From positions 158,934 to 222,933 of the forward strand of contig JBAZNR010000001.1 in assembly GCA_041649175.1 (NCBI GenBank): a stretch of DNA of 64,000 bases, written 5' to 3'. Both the position numbers and the translations under genes were made by a program. Below are positions 37,110 to 45,550 of the stretch, one piece after another (position 1 is the first letter of the stretch; each line of letters opens with the position of its first letter). The stretch is from Candidatus Omnitrophota bacterium. Its GTDB lineage: Bacteria; Omnitrophota; Gorgyraeia; Zapsychrales; JBAZNR01. The notes under the pieces are model-generated. The model had not been told where the DNA came from. It was given only the letters and a program-made list of their open reading frames with translations, and made no database searches.

Positions 37110-38435
37110 TTAATGTTTGCGGAATTTATTCCACTGCGGTTTGCTGTGGCGCTTCTCATGCTGATGAGAAGATCTGCCGGAAAATGATCTGCCCTGAAAT
37201 TTACTTGGAAACGGCCTGCGCGAACGCGAAAATGAAGATGACGACGAAGATTGATCAAATTGTTCCGGGGGAATTTCCGGATGTTTAGAAACAGGAAGAG
37301 GGATGCGGATAAGTTTTTCAATATTGCGCACATCACTAGCTTGATCGGGCGTGGCAAAAGAAATGGCGCGCCCTTGATGCCCGGCTCGCCCGGTGCGCCC
37401 GATACGATGCACATAATTCTCGGCATCTTCGGGAAGATCAAAATTGATTACCAACTCAATGCCGACAACATCAATACCTCTGGCGGCAATATCTGTCGCT
37501 ACCAGCACTCTGTATTTCCCTGACTTAAATCCTTCCAGGGCTTCCCGGCGCTGATTTAAAGAACGGTCGGAATGTATTTCTGCGGCCCGATAACCCATAT
37601 TGCGGATCTCGCGCACGATTTTACCGGCATTGTGTTTGGTGCGAGAAAACAAAAGAACAGCGCCGTGATATTGAGCGAGTAGTTTTCCTAAAAGCCGCAA
37701 CTTGGCATCTTTTTTCACGATGAATAATTCTTGAGTAATACGGTCAGCCGCTGTTCCGGATGGCGCGACTTCCACGGAAACAGGAAGCTTCATATATTTG
37801 GCGGCAATATTCATGATCTCTTTGGGAATGGTCGCTGAAAAAAGCATGGTCTGACGGTCTTTAGGAACAAAGCGTAAGATTTTTTCGATTTGCGGAGCAA
37901 AACCCATATCGAGCATACGGTCCGCTTCATCCAAAACGAGCATCGTGACTTCATTGGGAAGCACGTTCCAACGTTCCATGTGATCTAAAAGCCTGCCCGG
38001 AGTTGCGATAATAATACGCGGCCCACGTCGAAGAGCCTGCACCTGCGCGTCCATCGGAGCGCCGCCGATAAGACAAGCCGTGCGCATATTGAACGGACGC
38101 ACAATGGCTTGAAAGGCCTCATCAATTTGAATAGCTAATTCCCTGGTCGGCGCTAGAACAAGCCCGTTTCCTTTACGTTGCGCCAAGCGTTGTACCATCG
38201 GAATAGCAAACGAATGGGTTTTGCCGGTACCGGTTTGCGCAATGCCGACAATGTCCTTACCTTCGACAGCTAAAGGAATGGCTTTACGTTGAATAGGCGT
38301 GGGGGTTTTAAATTTTATTCGAGCAAGAATTTCGAGGATCTTAGGCGCAATGCCTAACCCGTCAAAATTTTGATGTTCTAAGATAGGCTCCGGCGTAAGA
38401 TTGCCGTTTACAGCTGGTTTATGATGCATAGTCAT
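37110..38435 (-). CDS. DEAD-box ATP-dependent RNA helicase with Arg/Ser-rich C-terminal tail
   Basis: 'AQTGTGKT', 'DEAD', 'SAT', 'HRIGRTGRAG'. Confidence 0.9.
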   Translation of the reverse strand: MTMHHKPAVNGNLTPEPILEHQNFDGLGIAPKILEILARIKFKTPTPIQRKAIPLAVEGKDIVGIAQTGTGKTHSFAIPMVQRLAQRKGNGLVLAPTRELAIQIDEAFQAIVRPFNMRTACLIGGAPMDAQVQALRRGPRIIIATPGRLLDHMERWNVLPNEVTMLVLDEADRMLDMGFAPQIEKILRFVPKDRQTMLFSATIPKEIMNIAAKYMKLPVSVEVAPSGTAADRITQELFIVKKDAKLRLLGKLLAQYHGAVLLFSRTKHNAGKIVREIRNMGYRAAEIHSDRSLNQRREALEGFKSGKYRVLVATDIAARGIDVVGIELVINFDLPEDAENYVHRIGRTGRAGHQGRAISFATPDQASDVRNIEKLIRIPLPVSKHPEIPPEQFDQSSSSSSFSRSRRPFPSKFQGRSFSGRSSHQHEKRHSKPQWNKFRKH

Positions 38436-38749
38436 GATCGAGAAACCTTTGATTTATGTTCCGGTAATAGTTGGCTGGCGTGGACATGGCAATAAGCTTC
38501 ATGATTATAAATGCTTAAAATATGCTTGCACAAACGCTGCTTACATTTTCGCCCTTTATAAGAAGTTCTGATTTTCTTGATATTGCCTCCGCCAAATTAA
38601 AAGATCGAATAAAAAAACCGCCAAGGTTAGTTGTTGTTCCCTCGCGCGGCCATGAAAGGTCTTCTAAACTCTGTAGGTGATTATACTCTCTTCTGGAGGT
38701 TTGTCAAACAGAACTATGGGCGAGCCCAAAAAAGAAATCAAGGTGGATC

Positions 38750-40396
38750 TTACGACAAAAATTGCTTAGCCCGGTCGATCGATTCTTTCATTCCGGAAAA
38801 AACATTATCCTCACCGATCAGGTCATAAAGATTGGATTTAACCATTTCATTTAAAGGCTGTACATGAAGGCCCGTGATGATCAAATGAATGCCGCTTTTT
38901 TTGCATTTTTCGTAAAAACATTTTAAGGCGTGCATTCCGGTCGAATCAATAAGGGGTACATCGCGAAATCGCAAGATCCTCACCTTAGGTCTTTCGCCGA
39001 TGGCTCGGTCGGTCTCATCAAAACGATTGGCCGCGCCGAAAAACAAAGGCCCGTTAATTTCGTAAACCTGAACGCCCGCCGGAACCGGGATCATCGAAGA
39101 AAGCTGATCACCATTTCTTTCATCGTCCTGAATTTCTTTGGCAAAAATACGAATATTGGTAACGTCCGCCATGCGTTTCATAAAAAGAAAAGCAGACAAC
39201 ACAACGCCCAATTCAATGGCCGCTGAAAGGTCGATCAAAACAGTAACGAGAAAGGTTGATAAAAGAACGATCTTATCCCCTTTTGATCCGCTCAAAAGTT
39301 CCCGAAATGAACGCCATTCACTCATATGATAAGCGACGACAACTAAAATCCCGGCAAGACAGGCCAACGGAACTTTTCCGATAAATTTTCCAAACAAAAG
39401 CATGACCGCAAAAACAGTCAACGAGTGAATGATCCCGGCAATCGGTGTTCGTCCGCCGTTTTTAATATTCGTAACGGTGCGCGCAATAGCTCCCGTTGAC
39501 GGGATCCCGCCAAAAATAGACGAACCGATATTAGCAATTCCTTGGCCCACCAATTCCATATTAGAGCGATGTTTTCCGCCGATCATACCGTCCGAAACAA
39601 CAGCGGATAAAAGTGACTCGATGCCGCCCAAAAGCGCGATGGTAAACGCGGGTTGAAAAAGATTGCGCATCACAGCTATATCAAAGTCCGGCATACGCGG
39701 CATAGGCAGCGCATGCGGAAGCTCCCCAAACCTTGAATGGATTGTTTCAACAGGCAGATTAAAAATAGAAACGAGGGCTGATGTCGCAATAATAGAAACA
39801 AGGGCACCGGGTACGCGACGGGAAACTTTGGGCCAGATCGTTATGATACACACCGTCAATAAAGCGATGGCCAATGCCAAATAATTCACAGAGCCGATAT
39901 TTCGTATAAAGGCAATCCACTTTTCAATAAAATCAACCGGAATAACAGCTACCGAAAGCCCTAAAAAGTCTTTCACCTGAGATGAAAAAATAATAACCGC
40001 AATCCCGCTGGTAAATCCTACCATCACCGCGTGCGGAATAAATTTAATGATCGTCCCGAACTTCGCGAACCCCATGATCAAAAGGATAACGCCGGCCATT
40101 AAGGTCGCGAGGACAAGACCGTCAACTCCATATTTTTGGACAACACTATAGATGATAACAACGAAAGCGCCCGTCGGGCCGCCAATTTGCACCCGGCTTC
40201 CGCCAAATGCCGAAACAAGAAATCCGGCGATGACTGCAGTAATTAGGCCTTTTTCCGGAGAAACGCCGGAGGCGATCGCAAAGGCAATGGCCAAAGGAAT
40301 GGCAACAATTCCGACGACAACTCCGGCGATCGCGTCAGCAATAAATTGACTTCGCGAATAACCCTTGAGTGTTGTAAAAATTTTTGGAGTGAGCAT
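38750..40396 (-). CDS. SulP-family anion transporter with C-terminal STAS domain
   Basis: SulP TM core plus STAS; the start codon abuts a terminator hairpin with no SD, so the true start is uncertain. Confidence 0.8.
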   Translation of the reverse strand: MLTPKIFTTLKGYSRSQFIADAIAGVVVGIVAIPLAIAFAIASGVSPEKGLITAVIAGFLVSAFGGSRVQIGGPTGAFVVIIYSVVQKYGVDGLVLATLMAGVILLIMGFAKFGTIIKFIPHAVMVGFTSGIAVIIFSSQVKDFLGLSVAVIPVDFIEKWIAFIRNIGSVNYLALAIALLTVCIITIWPKVSRRVPGALVSIIATSALVSIFNLPVETIHSRFGELPHALPMPRMPDFDIAVMRNLFQPAFTIALLGGIESLLSAVVSDGMIGGKHRSNMELVGQGIANIGSSIFGGIPSTGAIARTVTNIKNGGRTPIAGIIHSLTVFAVMLLFGKFIGKVPLACLAGILVVVAYHMSEWRSFRELLSGSKGDKIVLLSTFLVTVLIDLSAAIELGVVLSAFLFMKRMADVTNIRIFAKEIQDDERNGDQLSSMIPVPAGVQVYEINGPLFFGAANRFDETDRAIGERPKVRILRFRDVPLIDSTGMHALKCFYEKCKKSGIHLIITGLHVQPLNEMVKSNLYDLIGEDNVFSGMKESIDRAKQFLS

Positions 40397-40406
40397 AAAA
40401 AAATAA

Positions 40407-40440
40407 AACCTTGACGGTGTTCGATCAAGGTTTTCTCGTT
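40407..40440. terminator. bidirectional Rho-independent terminator (8-bp stem aaccttga/tcaaggtt, 10-nt loop, A-run upstream and T-run downstream)
   Basis: Seen directly; on the minus strand it follows the ACR3 gene and abuts the SulP start codon. Confidence 0.55.
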
Positions 40441-40557
40441 GGCTGCTTAAAACAGTCTGTGTTAAAAAATGGAACCCTTATGATTCGGACATCAAATAAC
40501 TATTCTTAAATCTTGTGTTAATTATATACCGCTTTAAAAAAGCCGCAAGAATATTCT

Positions 40558-41601
40558 TTAATTTAAATTTTCTCTCTTCCGGAAAAATCTCGCAACGTTA
40601 ACCAATAGTAACATCACCGGCACTTCAATAAGCGGTCCGATGACGGTCGCAAATGCCTGCAGAGAATTAATGCCAAAAATCGCGACCGCAACGGCAATGG
40701 CCAACTCAAAATCATTGCTAGCGGCGGTAAACGAAACTGCGGTCGCTTGCGCATGATTTGACCTGAGCTTCTTGGAAAACCAATAGGTCACAAACCACAT
40801 GACGATAAAATATATCGTCAGCGGAACCGCGATCCGCACCACATCTAAAGGTAATCGGACGATATATTCCCCCTTAAGCGAAAACATCACAAAAATGGTA
40901 AATAATAACGCCACTAACGTGATCGGGCTGATCCGCGGAATATAAATATTATCAAACCATTCCCGCCCCTTTATTTTGATAAGCGTAAACCGGCTTGCGA
41001 CACCCGCAAAGAAAGGAATTCCCAAATAGATCAAAACTGTTTTAGCCGATTCTGCCATTGAAATGCTGATATTGGACCCTTGAGCTATTCCGAGAAAACT
41101 CAAAAGAAGTGTTATAAAAATATAAATATATAGAGCGTAAAACAAAACTTGAAAAACCGCGTTAAAAGCCACTAACCCTGCCGCTAATTCTCTATCTCCG
41201 TCGGAAAGATCATTCCAAACGATCACCATAGCAATACAACGCGCCAAGCCAACCAAAATAACTCCCACCATATATTCGGGATATCCACGCAAGAAAATAA
41301 CAGCCAAGGCCGTCATAACAATCGGGCCGATGATCCAATTTTGCAAAAGCGAAAGCCCAAGTAATTTTTTATTCTTAAAGATCTTTCCGATTTCTTCATA
41401 CTTAACTTTTGCCAAAGGCGGATACATCATCAAAATGAGCCCAATTGCGATCGGGATATTTGTACTTCCCGACTGAAATTGATTCCAAAAACCAGCGATC
41501 CCCGGCGAAAAATATCCAACACCGACGCCAATAGCCATAGCCAAAAGGATCCAGAGAGTTAGAAAGCGATCTAAAAACGAAAGTTTTTTATTATCGTTCA
41601 T
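40558..41601 (-). CDS. ACR3-family arsenite efflux permease
   Basis: '[24 protein letters not shown]…' N-terminus and overall ACR3 topology. Confidence 0.8.
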   Translation of the reverse strand: MNDNKKLSFLDRFLTLWILLAMAIGVGVGYFSPGIAGFWNQFQSGSTNIPIAIGLILMMYPPLAKVKYEEIGKIFKNKKLLGLSLLQNWIIGPIVMTALAVIFLRGYPEYMVGVILVGLARCIAMVIVWNDLSDGDRELAAGLVAFNAVFQVLFYALYIYIFITLLLSFLGIAQGSNISISMAESAKTVLIYLGIPFFAGVASRFTLIKIKGREWFDNIYIPRISPITLVALLFTIFVMFSLKGEYIVRLPLDVVRIAVPLTIYFIVMWFVTYWFSKKLRSNHAQATAVSFTAASNDFELAIAVAVAIFGINSLQAFATVIGPLIEVPVMLLLVNVARFFRKRENLN

Positions 41602-41679
41602 GATTTTATTCCCGTAAAATTTGATGTGCCTGAGATCAATACTTCGGAAGATTTGCGCGAAAGATTTAAAGAATTTATT

Positions 41680-42378
41680 TTAAAACTCAAAATTGATACT
41701 TCCGGCCACCGCCGTCGCGTCTAGAAATTGGCCTTCAATATTAAGCCAGATCTTCGGTGTTAAGAAAATATCTGTTCCGGCAATAAGCCCTATACTTTTT
41801 CCAAGATCTGATTTAACCCGCTTACGGACGGTATCCACCCAGCGAATTTCATCCATGCGCGACCAACGTGTTCCAAGATACGGCGTCAGCTTTCCTATTT
41901 GCTGCGATGCCAGAAAGGAAAACTGCCAATCATCTAAAACGGCTTTTTGTTTTGACGCGCCTACGGAGGCTGTTTCGGGGTGTATGCTGATATGCTGAAA
42001 TCCAAAAACCATTTTTGTTTGCTCGTGTTCAAAAACCTTCAAGCGAAAACCATACCCGCCGCCTAAAAACGTCGTGTAGCTGACACGGTCTGTCGACGAT
42101 GGATATTCCTTAATATTCCCCGCGCCGCCTTTCAAGTCTAAAGAAAGCCAATCAAAGATCCCGTAAGATAAAAGGATAAAATTCTGAAGACTGCGTACTT
42201 TTCCGTAATCGTCTTCGAGGGAACGCTTGAGAACGTTGTAGGTTTGAGCGCCGGCAAAAATATGTTGCGCCTGCGGCATATGTGTTCCGTAGCACGGAGC
42301 CGCCCAGCCTGAAACGGGGAAAGCGAGGCTTACCAACAAAGCCAAAATAACATTTCTATTTTTTGACAATATTTTCAT
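41680..42378 (-). CDS. putative outer-membrane beta-barrel protein
   Basis: Signal peptide; alternating amphipathic strands; C-terminal '…SINFEF' aromatic end. Confidence 0.4.
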   Translation of the reverse strand: MKILSKNRNVILALLVSLAFPVSGWAAPCYGTHMPQAQHIFAGAQTYNVLKRSLEDDYGKVRSLQNFILLSYGIFDWLSLDLKGGAGNIKEYPSSTDRVSYTTFLGGGYGFRLKVFEHEQTKMVFGFQHISIHPETASVGASKQKAVLDDWQFSFLASQQIGKLTPYLGTRWSRMDEIRWVDTVRKRVKSDLGKSIGLIAGTDIFLTPKIWLNIEGQFLDATAVAGSINFEF

Positions 42379-42418
42379 CTTGCTTAAAAAGGTACGGCTG
42401 TTTTGCTATGACTGCTTT

Positions 42419-42607
42419 TTAACGGCCGCCATCTTTACGCTTTGAAAAACAGTCCTTGCAATAAACCGGACGGTCTTCTCGGGGCTTAAAAGGGACTTCA
42501 CATTCTTTTTTGCATTCGGCGCAAACTGCTTTGTGCATCTCGCGCGGCCCACCATACCCACCACCTTGAAACGCCATATCCTTATCCTCTTTCTGGTATG
42601 TTGCCAT
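42419..42607 (-). CDS. small CxxC-x17-CxxC zinc-ribbon protein
   Basis: 'CAECKKECEVPFKPREDRPVYCKDCF' (4-Cys ribbon). Preferred over the overlapping 42406..42612 frame. Confidence 0.4.
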   Translation of the reverse strand: MATYQKEDKDMAFQGGGYGGPREMHKAVCAECKKECEVPFKPREDRPVYCKDCFSKRKDGGR

Positions 42608-42769
42608 ACCAACTTGATTGTTGAACTACATTTAAATTCTTATAATCTAAAATGTATTCGGGATTTTATTCTTTGTCTTAAGCTGCTTTGGTACCGATAC
42701 TACCAGATTTCCCTGTCTCAGTAAATAGGAATATTAAATGATAGGAATTCTATCGGTGCTTAGACGCAA

Positions 42770-42802
42770 ACTTAAATTAAGAAAGGCTGCAACACGCAGC
42801 CC
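42770..42802 (-). terminator. Rho-independent terminator-like hairpin (GGCUGC-GUGUU-GCAGCC) plus U-rich tail on the minus strand
   Basis: + strand 'aggctgcaacacgcagcc' preceded by 'cttaaattaagaaag'. Confidence 0.45.
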
Positions 42803-42972
42803 AGCGGAGGGATTTTAGGCTTTCCTTCGGCCAAGCGGCCAAAGCAGAAATACAATGATCCAAAACACGGGATTAAACGCGATCATGAAAAAAGTTTTAA
42901 ACGTTTCTGAGATAAATCCTCCTACGGATAACAATGACTATTCTGAAGAATTAAATTAAATTCTTTTAAATA

Positions 42973-43311
42973 CTACCCGCCAAAGATCATCTTAAATAAA
43001 CCGCCGATAATAATAAACGGTATGGCAAGAACATAGCCGATCGCATGAAACGTAGAACTTATCACTCCGGGGCGCTCAGTCTCTGTATCCGTTGTCGTGA
43101 TCGTCGTGGTTGTTTCGCTTTCTTGCGAAACCGACTCATCTTGCTGCCTTGTAATATATCCTTTATTGCTGAAATCTTTTTGTTCTTGGCTAACAGCCGG
43201 ATATGTTGTCACCGTTGTTTCTGTTGTCGTTGTTTTATGCGCACTGGCGCAGCCTCCTGCAAAAACAAAAATTATGGCGAGGCCTAAACAAGCACTGTTT
43301 TTGATTTTCAT
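42973..43311 (-). CDS. Thr-rich lipoprotein with C-terminal hydrophobic anchor (start moved to internal Met)
   Basis: 'AAGGAGG' SD 5 nt upstream of the ATG at 43309-43311; 'IFVFAGGCASA' lipobox; TTTTETTVTT and ETTTTITTTDTETE tracts. Confidence 0.45.
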   Translation of the reverse strand: MKIKNSACLGLAIIFVFAGGCASAHKTTTTETTVTTYPAVSQEQKDFSNKGYITRQQDESVSQESETTTTITTTDTETERPGVISSTFHAIGYVLAIPFIIIGGLFKMIFGG

Positions 43312-43324
43312 CTTGGCCTCCTTT

Positions 43325-43465
43325 TTAATCATTATGATCAACTGTTCTTTGGATGCTTCCCCCGGCGTTCTCCACATCTTTCCCCGCGCCTCTCATCATA
43401 TTGCAACCTAAAACTGAGGTTGCCAAAAATAAAACCGCTAATATTATCAAGAAAAAGTTTTTCAT
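43325..43465 (-). CDS. entericidin-family (EcnA/EcnB-like) small lipoprotein, 46 aa. Not in the ORF track.
   Basis: Hand translation gives MKNFFLIILAVLFLATSVLGCNMMRGAGKDVENAGGSIQRTVDHND. Compare E. coli EcnB '…[28 protein letters not shown]'. Confidence 0.6.
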   Translation of the reverse strand: MKNFFLIILAVLFLATSVLGCNMMRGAGKDVENAGGSIQRTVDHND

Positions 43466-43530
43466 GGCATCTTTCTATTTTAATAAATCTACTGCTCACG
43501 TTGTCCCCAGATAGAGAACAACTAAAAATA

Positions 43531-43794
43531 CTATTCCTCTACATTGATTCTTTTTTCGATCTTCTCGTTTGTTTTTGCTTCTATCTTTGGAGCTGATACC
43601 GGCCTAGGAATGATCAACTGGGTCTTTCGAGCTTTATAAATTGATTTTCCTGTTTGCTGCGCTTCCCCTGGTTTTACCGGTTTTAACATTCCCGCAAAAC
43701 TAAAAGTTAAAAACCCGACAACAGACAAAACAACAGCCATCACCATCATTGTGCTTTTCATATAATCCATTCCTTTTCCATTGATTGATGACAC
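43531..43794 (-). CDS. small single-TM protein
   Basis: ORF track; one hydrophobic helix. Confidence 0.3.
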   Translation of the reverse strand: MSSINGKGMDYMKSTMMVMAVVLSVVGFLTFSFAGMLKPVKPGEAQQTGKSIYKARKTQLIIPRPVSAPKIEAKTNEKIEKRINVEE

Positions 43795-44128
43795 CTTATT
43801 TTATTCATTTTTTTCCTGCCAAGAGGAAAGCCAATCATCTGGCCTATGCTCCCAAACCCGGCTCCTTCTCAGATAATGATTTTGTGGAACTTTGCAGATC
43901 CCACGACTTAAAAGAAGCTGTCTTATGGCATCTCTCGTCGTCACCCTTTTTGATCTATTTTCTCTGATCATCTTTTCTCACCTCCCCAGCTATGCTATCG
44001 CTAGTTGACAATAGCATTGTAGACAAAACACTAGAGAACGGTCAATTGTACTAAGGTACAACTCCTGGTTCTCCCTTTTAGGGCGTATTCCAGAAAATAT
44101 GATGAGATAATACTCGCGGTTTTTATTT

Positions 44129-45115
44129 TTAATTCTGTATCAACTCAATAAGCTTAGGATAAACCACTGTAGTTTTTTGGTAAGGTTGTTCCGGGTCAAT
44201 GAGGTCATGCAAAATACCTAAATTCTTATCAAACTGAAAGTGTGTTATTTTAACGCTGCTGTGTCGACGCCATTCTTTAATAACTCCATCGATCGTCTTC
44301 TCATTGACCGCACCATCCAAAGCGCTTGTAACAACTACAATGGCCCGAGTCTTTGGCGCCACGCTCCTGGCTTTTTTCATAACTGCCCAGCCAAGACACA
44401 TGATCTGAGCAACCCCTCTGGTCGAAAATCCGAAATAAGAGGACGTCGGCCCCGTGAGCGCTGTCTTTCCTTTCTTGTCCCACCACTCGAACTTATTGGG
44501 CCAAATGTATAAGAGGTTGATGGTCGGTTTAAACAAACCTGTCGGCAACCCCTTCCACCCCCAGAAAGGCGCGATGATAACAGCCTTATCAACATCGCTT
44601 CTATTTTGCGCGACCCAACCGGCCATGTTCGCGCCCATGGAAAAACCAACGATCGTGACATGTTTGCCCAGCCCTTGGGCAATATCCACGGATTCATCAC
44701 ATAATATGGCCAATTCCAACGCAGTCAGCTGGGCGAGGTCATTGGTCATCCGGTCCTTAAGGCCATGGTGCGGGACCCGGGGGATCAGAACATTATATCC
44801 CTTTTCATAAAAGATCTTTCCCAGCGCTTCAAATTGCCGGGGGCTATTGGTGTTCCCGTGAAAGAATACGATTGTCTCACGCGTTTCTTCCCCATGTGCC
44901 AGAAAAATAAGGCGCCCATCCGGGGAAACATCTTCCCCATCAAGAGCGCGTAAATGATCAATGCGCCTAACGCTTTCCTGATAGCTGAGAGATGGATTAG
45001 CTTTTGAAACGAGATGGCGCGTACGGACAGGTTTTAAAAAAAGAAAGCAAGCGCAGAGCAAGATTGCCAATAAAACAGTTCCCAGAAACTTAATGAAGAA
45101 AAGCTGTAACATCAA
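44129..45115 (-). CDS. alpha/beta-hydrolase (esterase/lipase-like) with N-terminal TM
   Basis: 'GFSMGANMAGW' GxSxG nucleophile elbow. Confidence 0.65.
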   Translation of the reverse strand: MMLQLFFIKFLGTVLLAILLCACFLFLKPVRTRHLVSKANPSLSYQESVRRIDHLRALDGEDVSPDGRLIFLAHGEETRETIVFFHGNTNSPRQFEALGKIFYEKGYNVLIPRVPHHGLKDRMTNDLAQLTALELAILCDESVDIAQGLGKHVTIVGFSMGANMAGWVAQNRSDVDKAVIIAPFWGWKGLPTGLFKPTINLLYIWPNKFEWWDKKGKTALTGPTSSYFGFSTRGVAQIMCLGWAVMKKARSVAPKTRAIVVVTSALDGAVNEKTIDGVIKEWRRHSSVKITHFQFDKNLGILHDLIDPEQPYQKTTVVYPKLIELIQN

Positions 45116-45121
45116 TGGCCC

Positions 45122-45526
45122 CTATGGAGTAGCCTGCGCATGAGTGTCGACCTTACCTTGCTTCAAGTCTTCTTTAGTTTTCTCAGCCAGTAAGCCATAC
45201 TTTTTTCGGATCTTCTCCAAATTCTCATCCGAGAGTTTTTCAATATCCATCATTTCGTTATGAGCTCCTTTGGTAGCTCGGATGATCTCATCAAGCTTGA
45301 GTTGAATCGCAATGGTGTGGCGATTTTGACTATTTTGAATGATAAAAAGCATGATAATAGAAATGACTGCTGCCAAAGTACTGATGATGAGCTGCCAGGT
45401 ATTATTAAAATGGAGTGCCGGTCCGAGCAGGCCCCAAACTAAAATAATAATAAATGCTAAAAAACACGCGAACGGTTGCGCGGCTTTATTGGAAAGCCAT
45501 TTTGAGAATACTGAAAAATATTCCAT
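45122..45526 (-). CDS. 'low-affinity iron permease' family (PF04120-like) small two-TM protein
   Basis: 'TWQLIISTLAAVISIIMLFIIQNSQNRHTIAIQLKLDEIIRATKGAHN…DIEKLSDENLEKIRKKY' matches the family consensus. Confidence 0.5.
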   Translation of the reverse strand: MEYFSVFSKWLSNKAAQPFACFLAFIIILVWGLLGPALHFNNTWQLIISTLAAVISIIMLFIIQNSQNRHTIAIQLKLDEIIRATKGAHNEMMDIEKLSDENLEKIRKKYGLLAEKTKEDLKQGKVDTHAQATP

Positions 45527-45550
45527 TGTTTCTCATCCTCTTTATTTTTC

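Noticed and set aside
37100-37441. 113-aa minus-strand ORF
   Set aside because: Overlaps the C-terminal RS-rich tail of the DEAD-box helicase in another frame; low-complexity artefact.
42406-42612. 68-aa ORF overlapping the Zn-ribbon ORF in another frame
   Set aside because: The alternative frame (42419-42607) has a clean CxxC-x17-CxxC zinc ribbon. This frame has no recognisable features.
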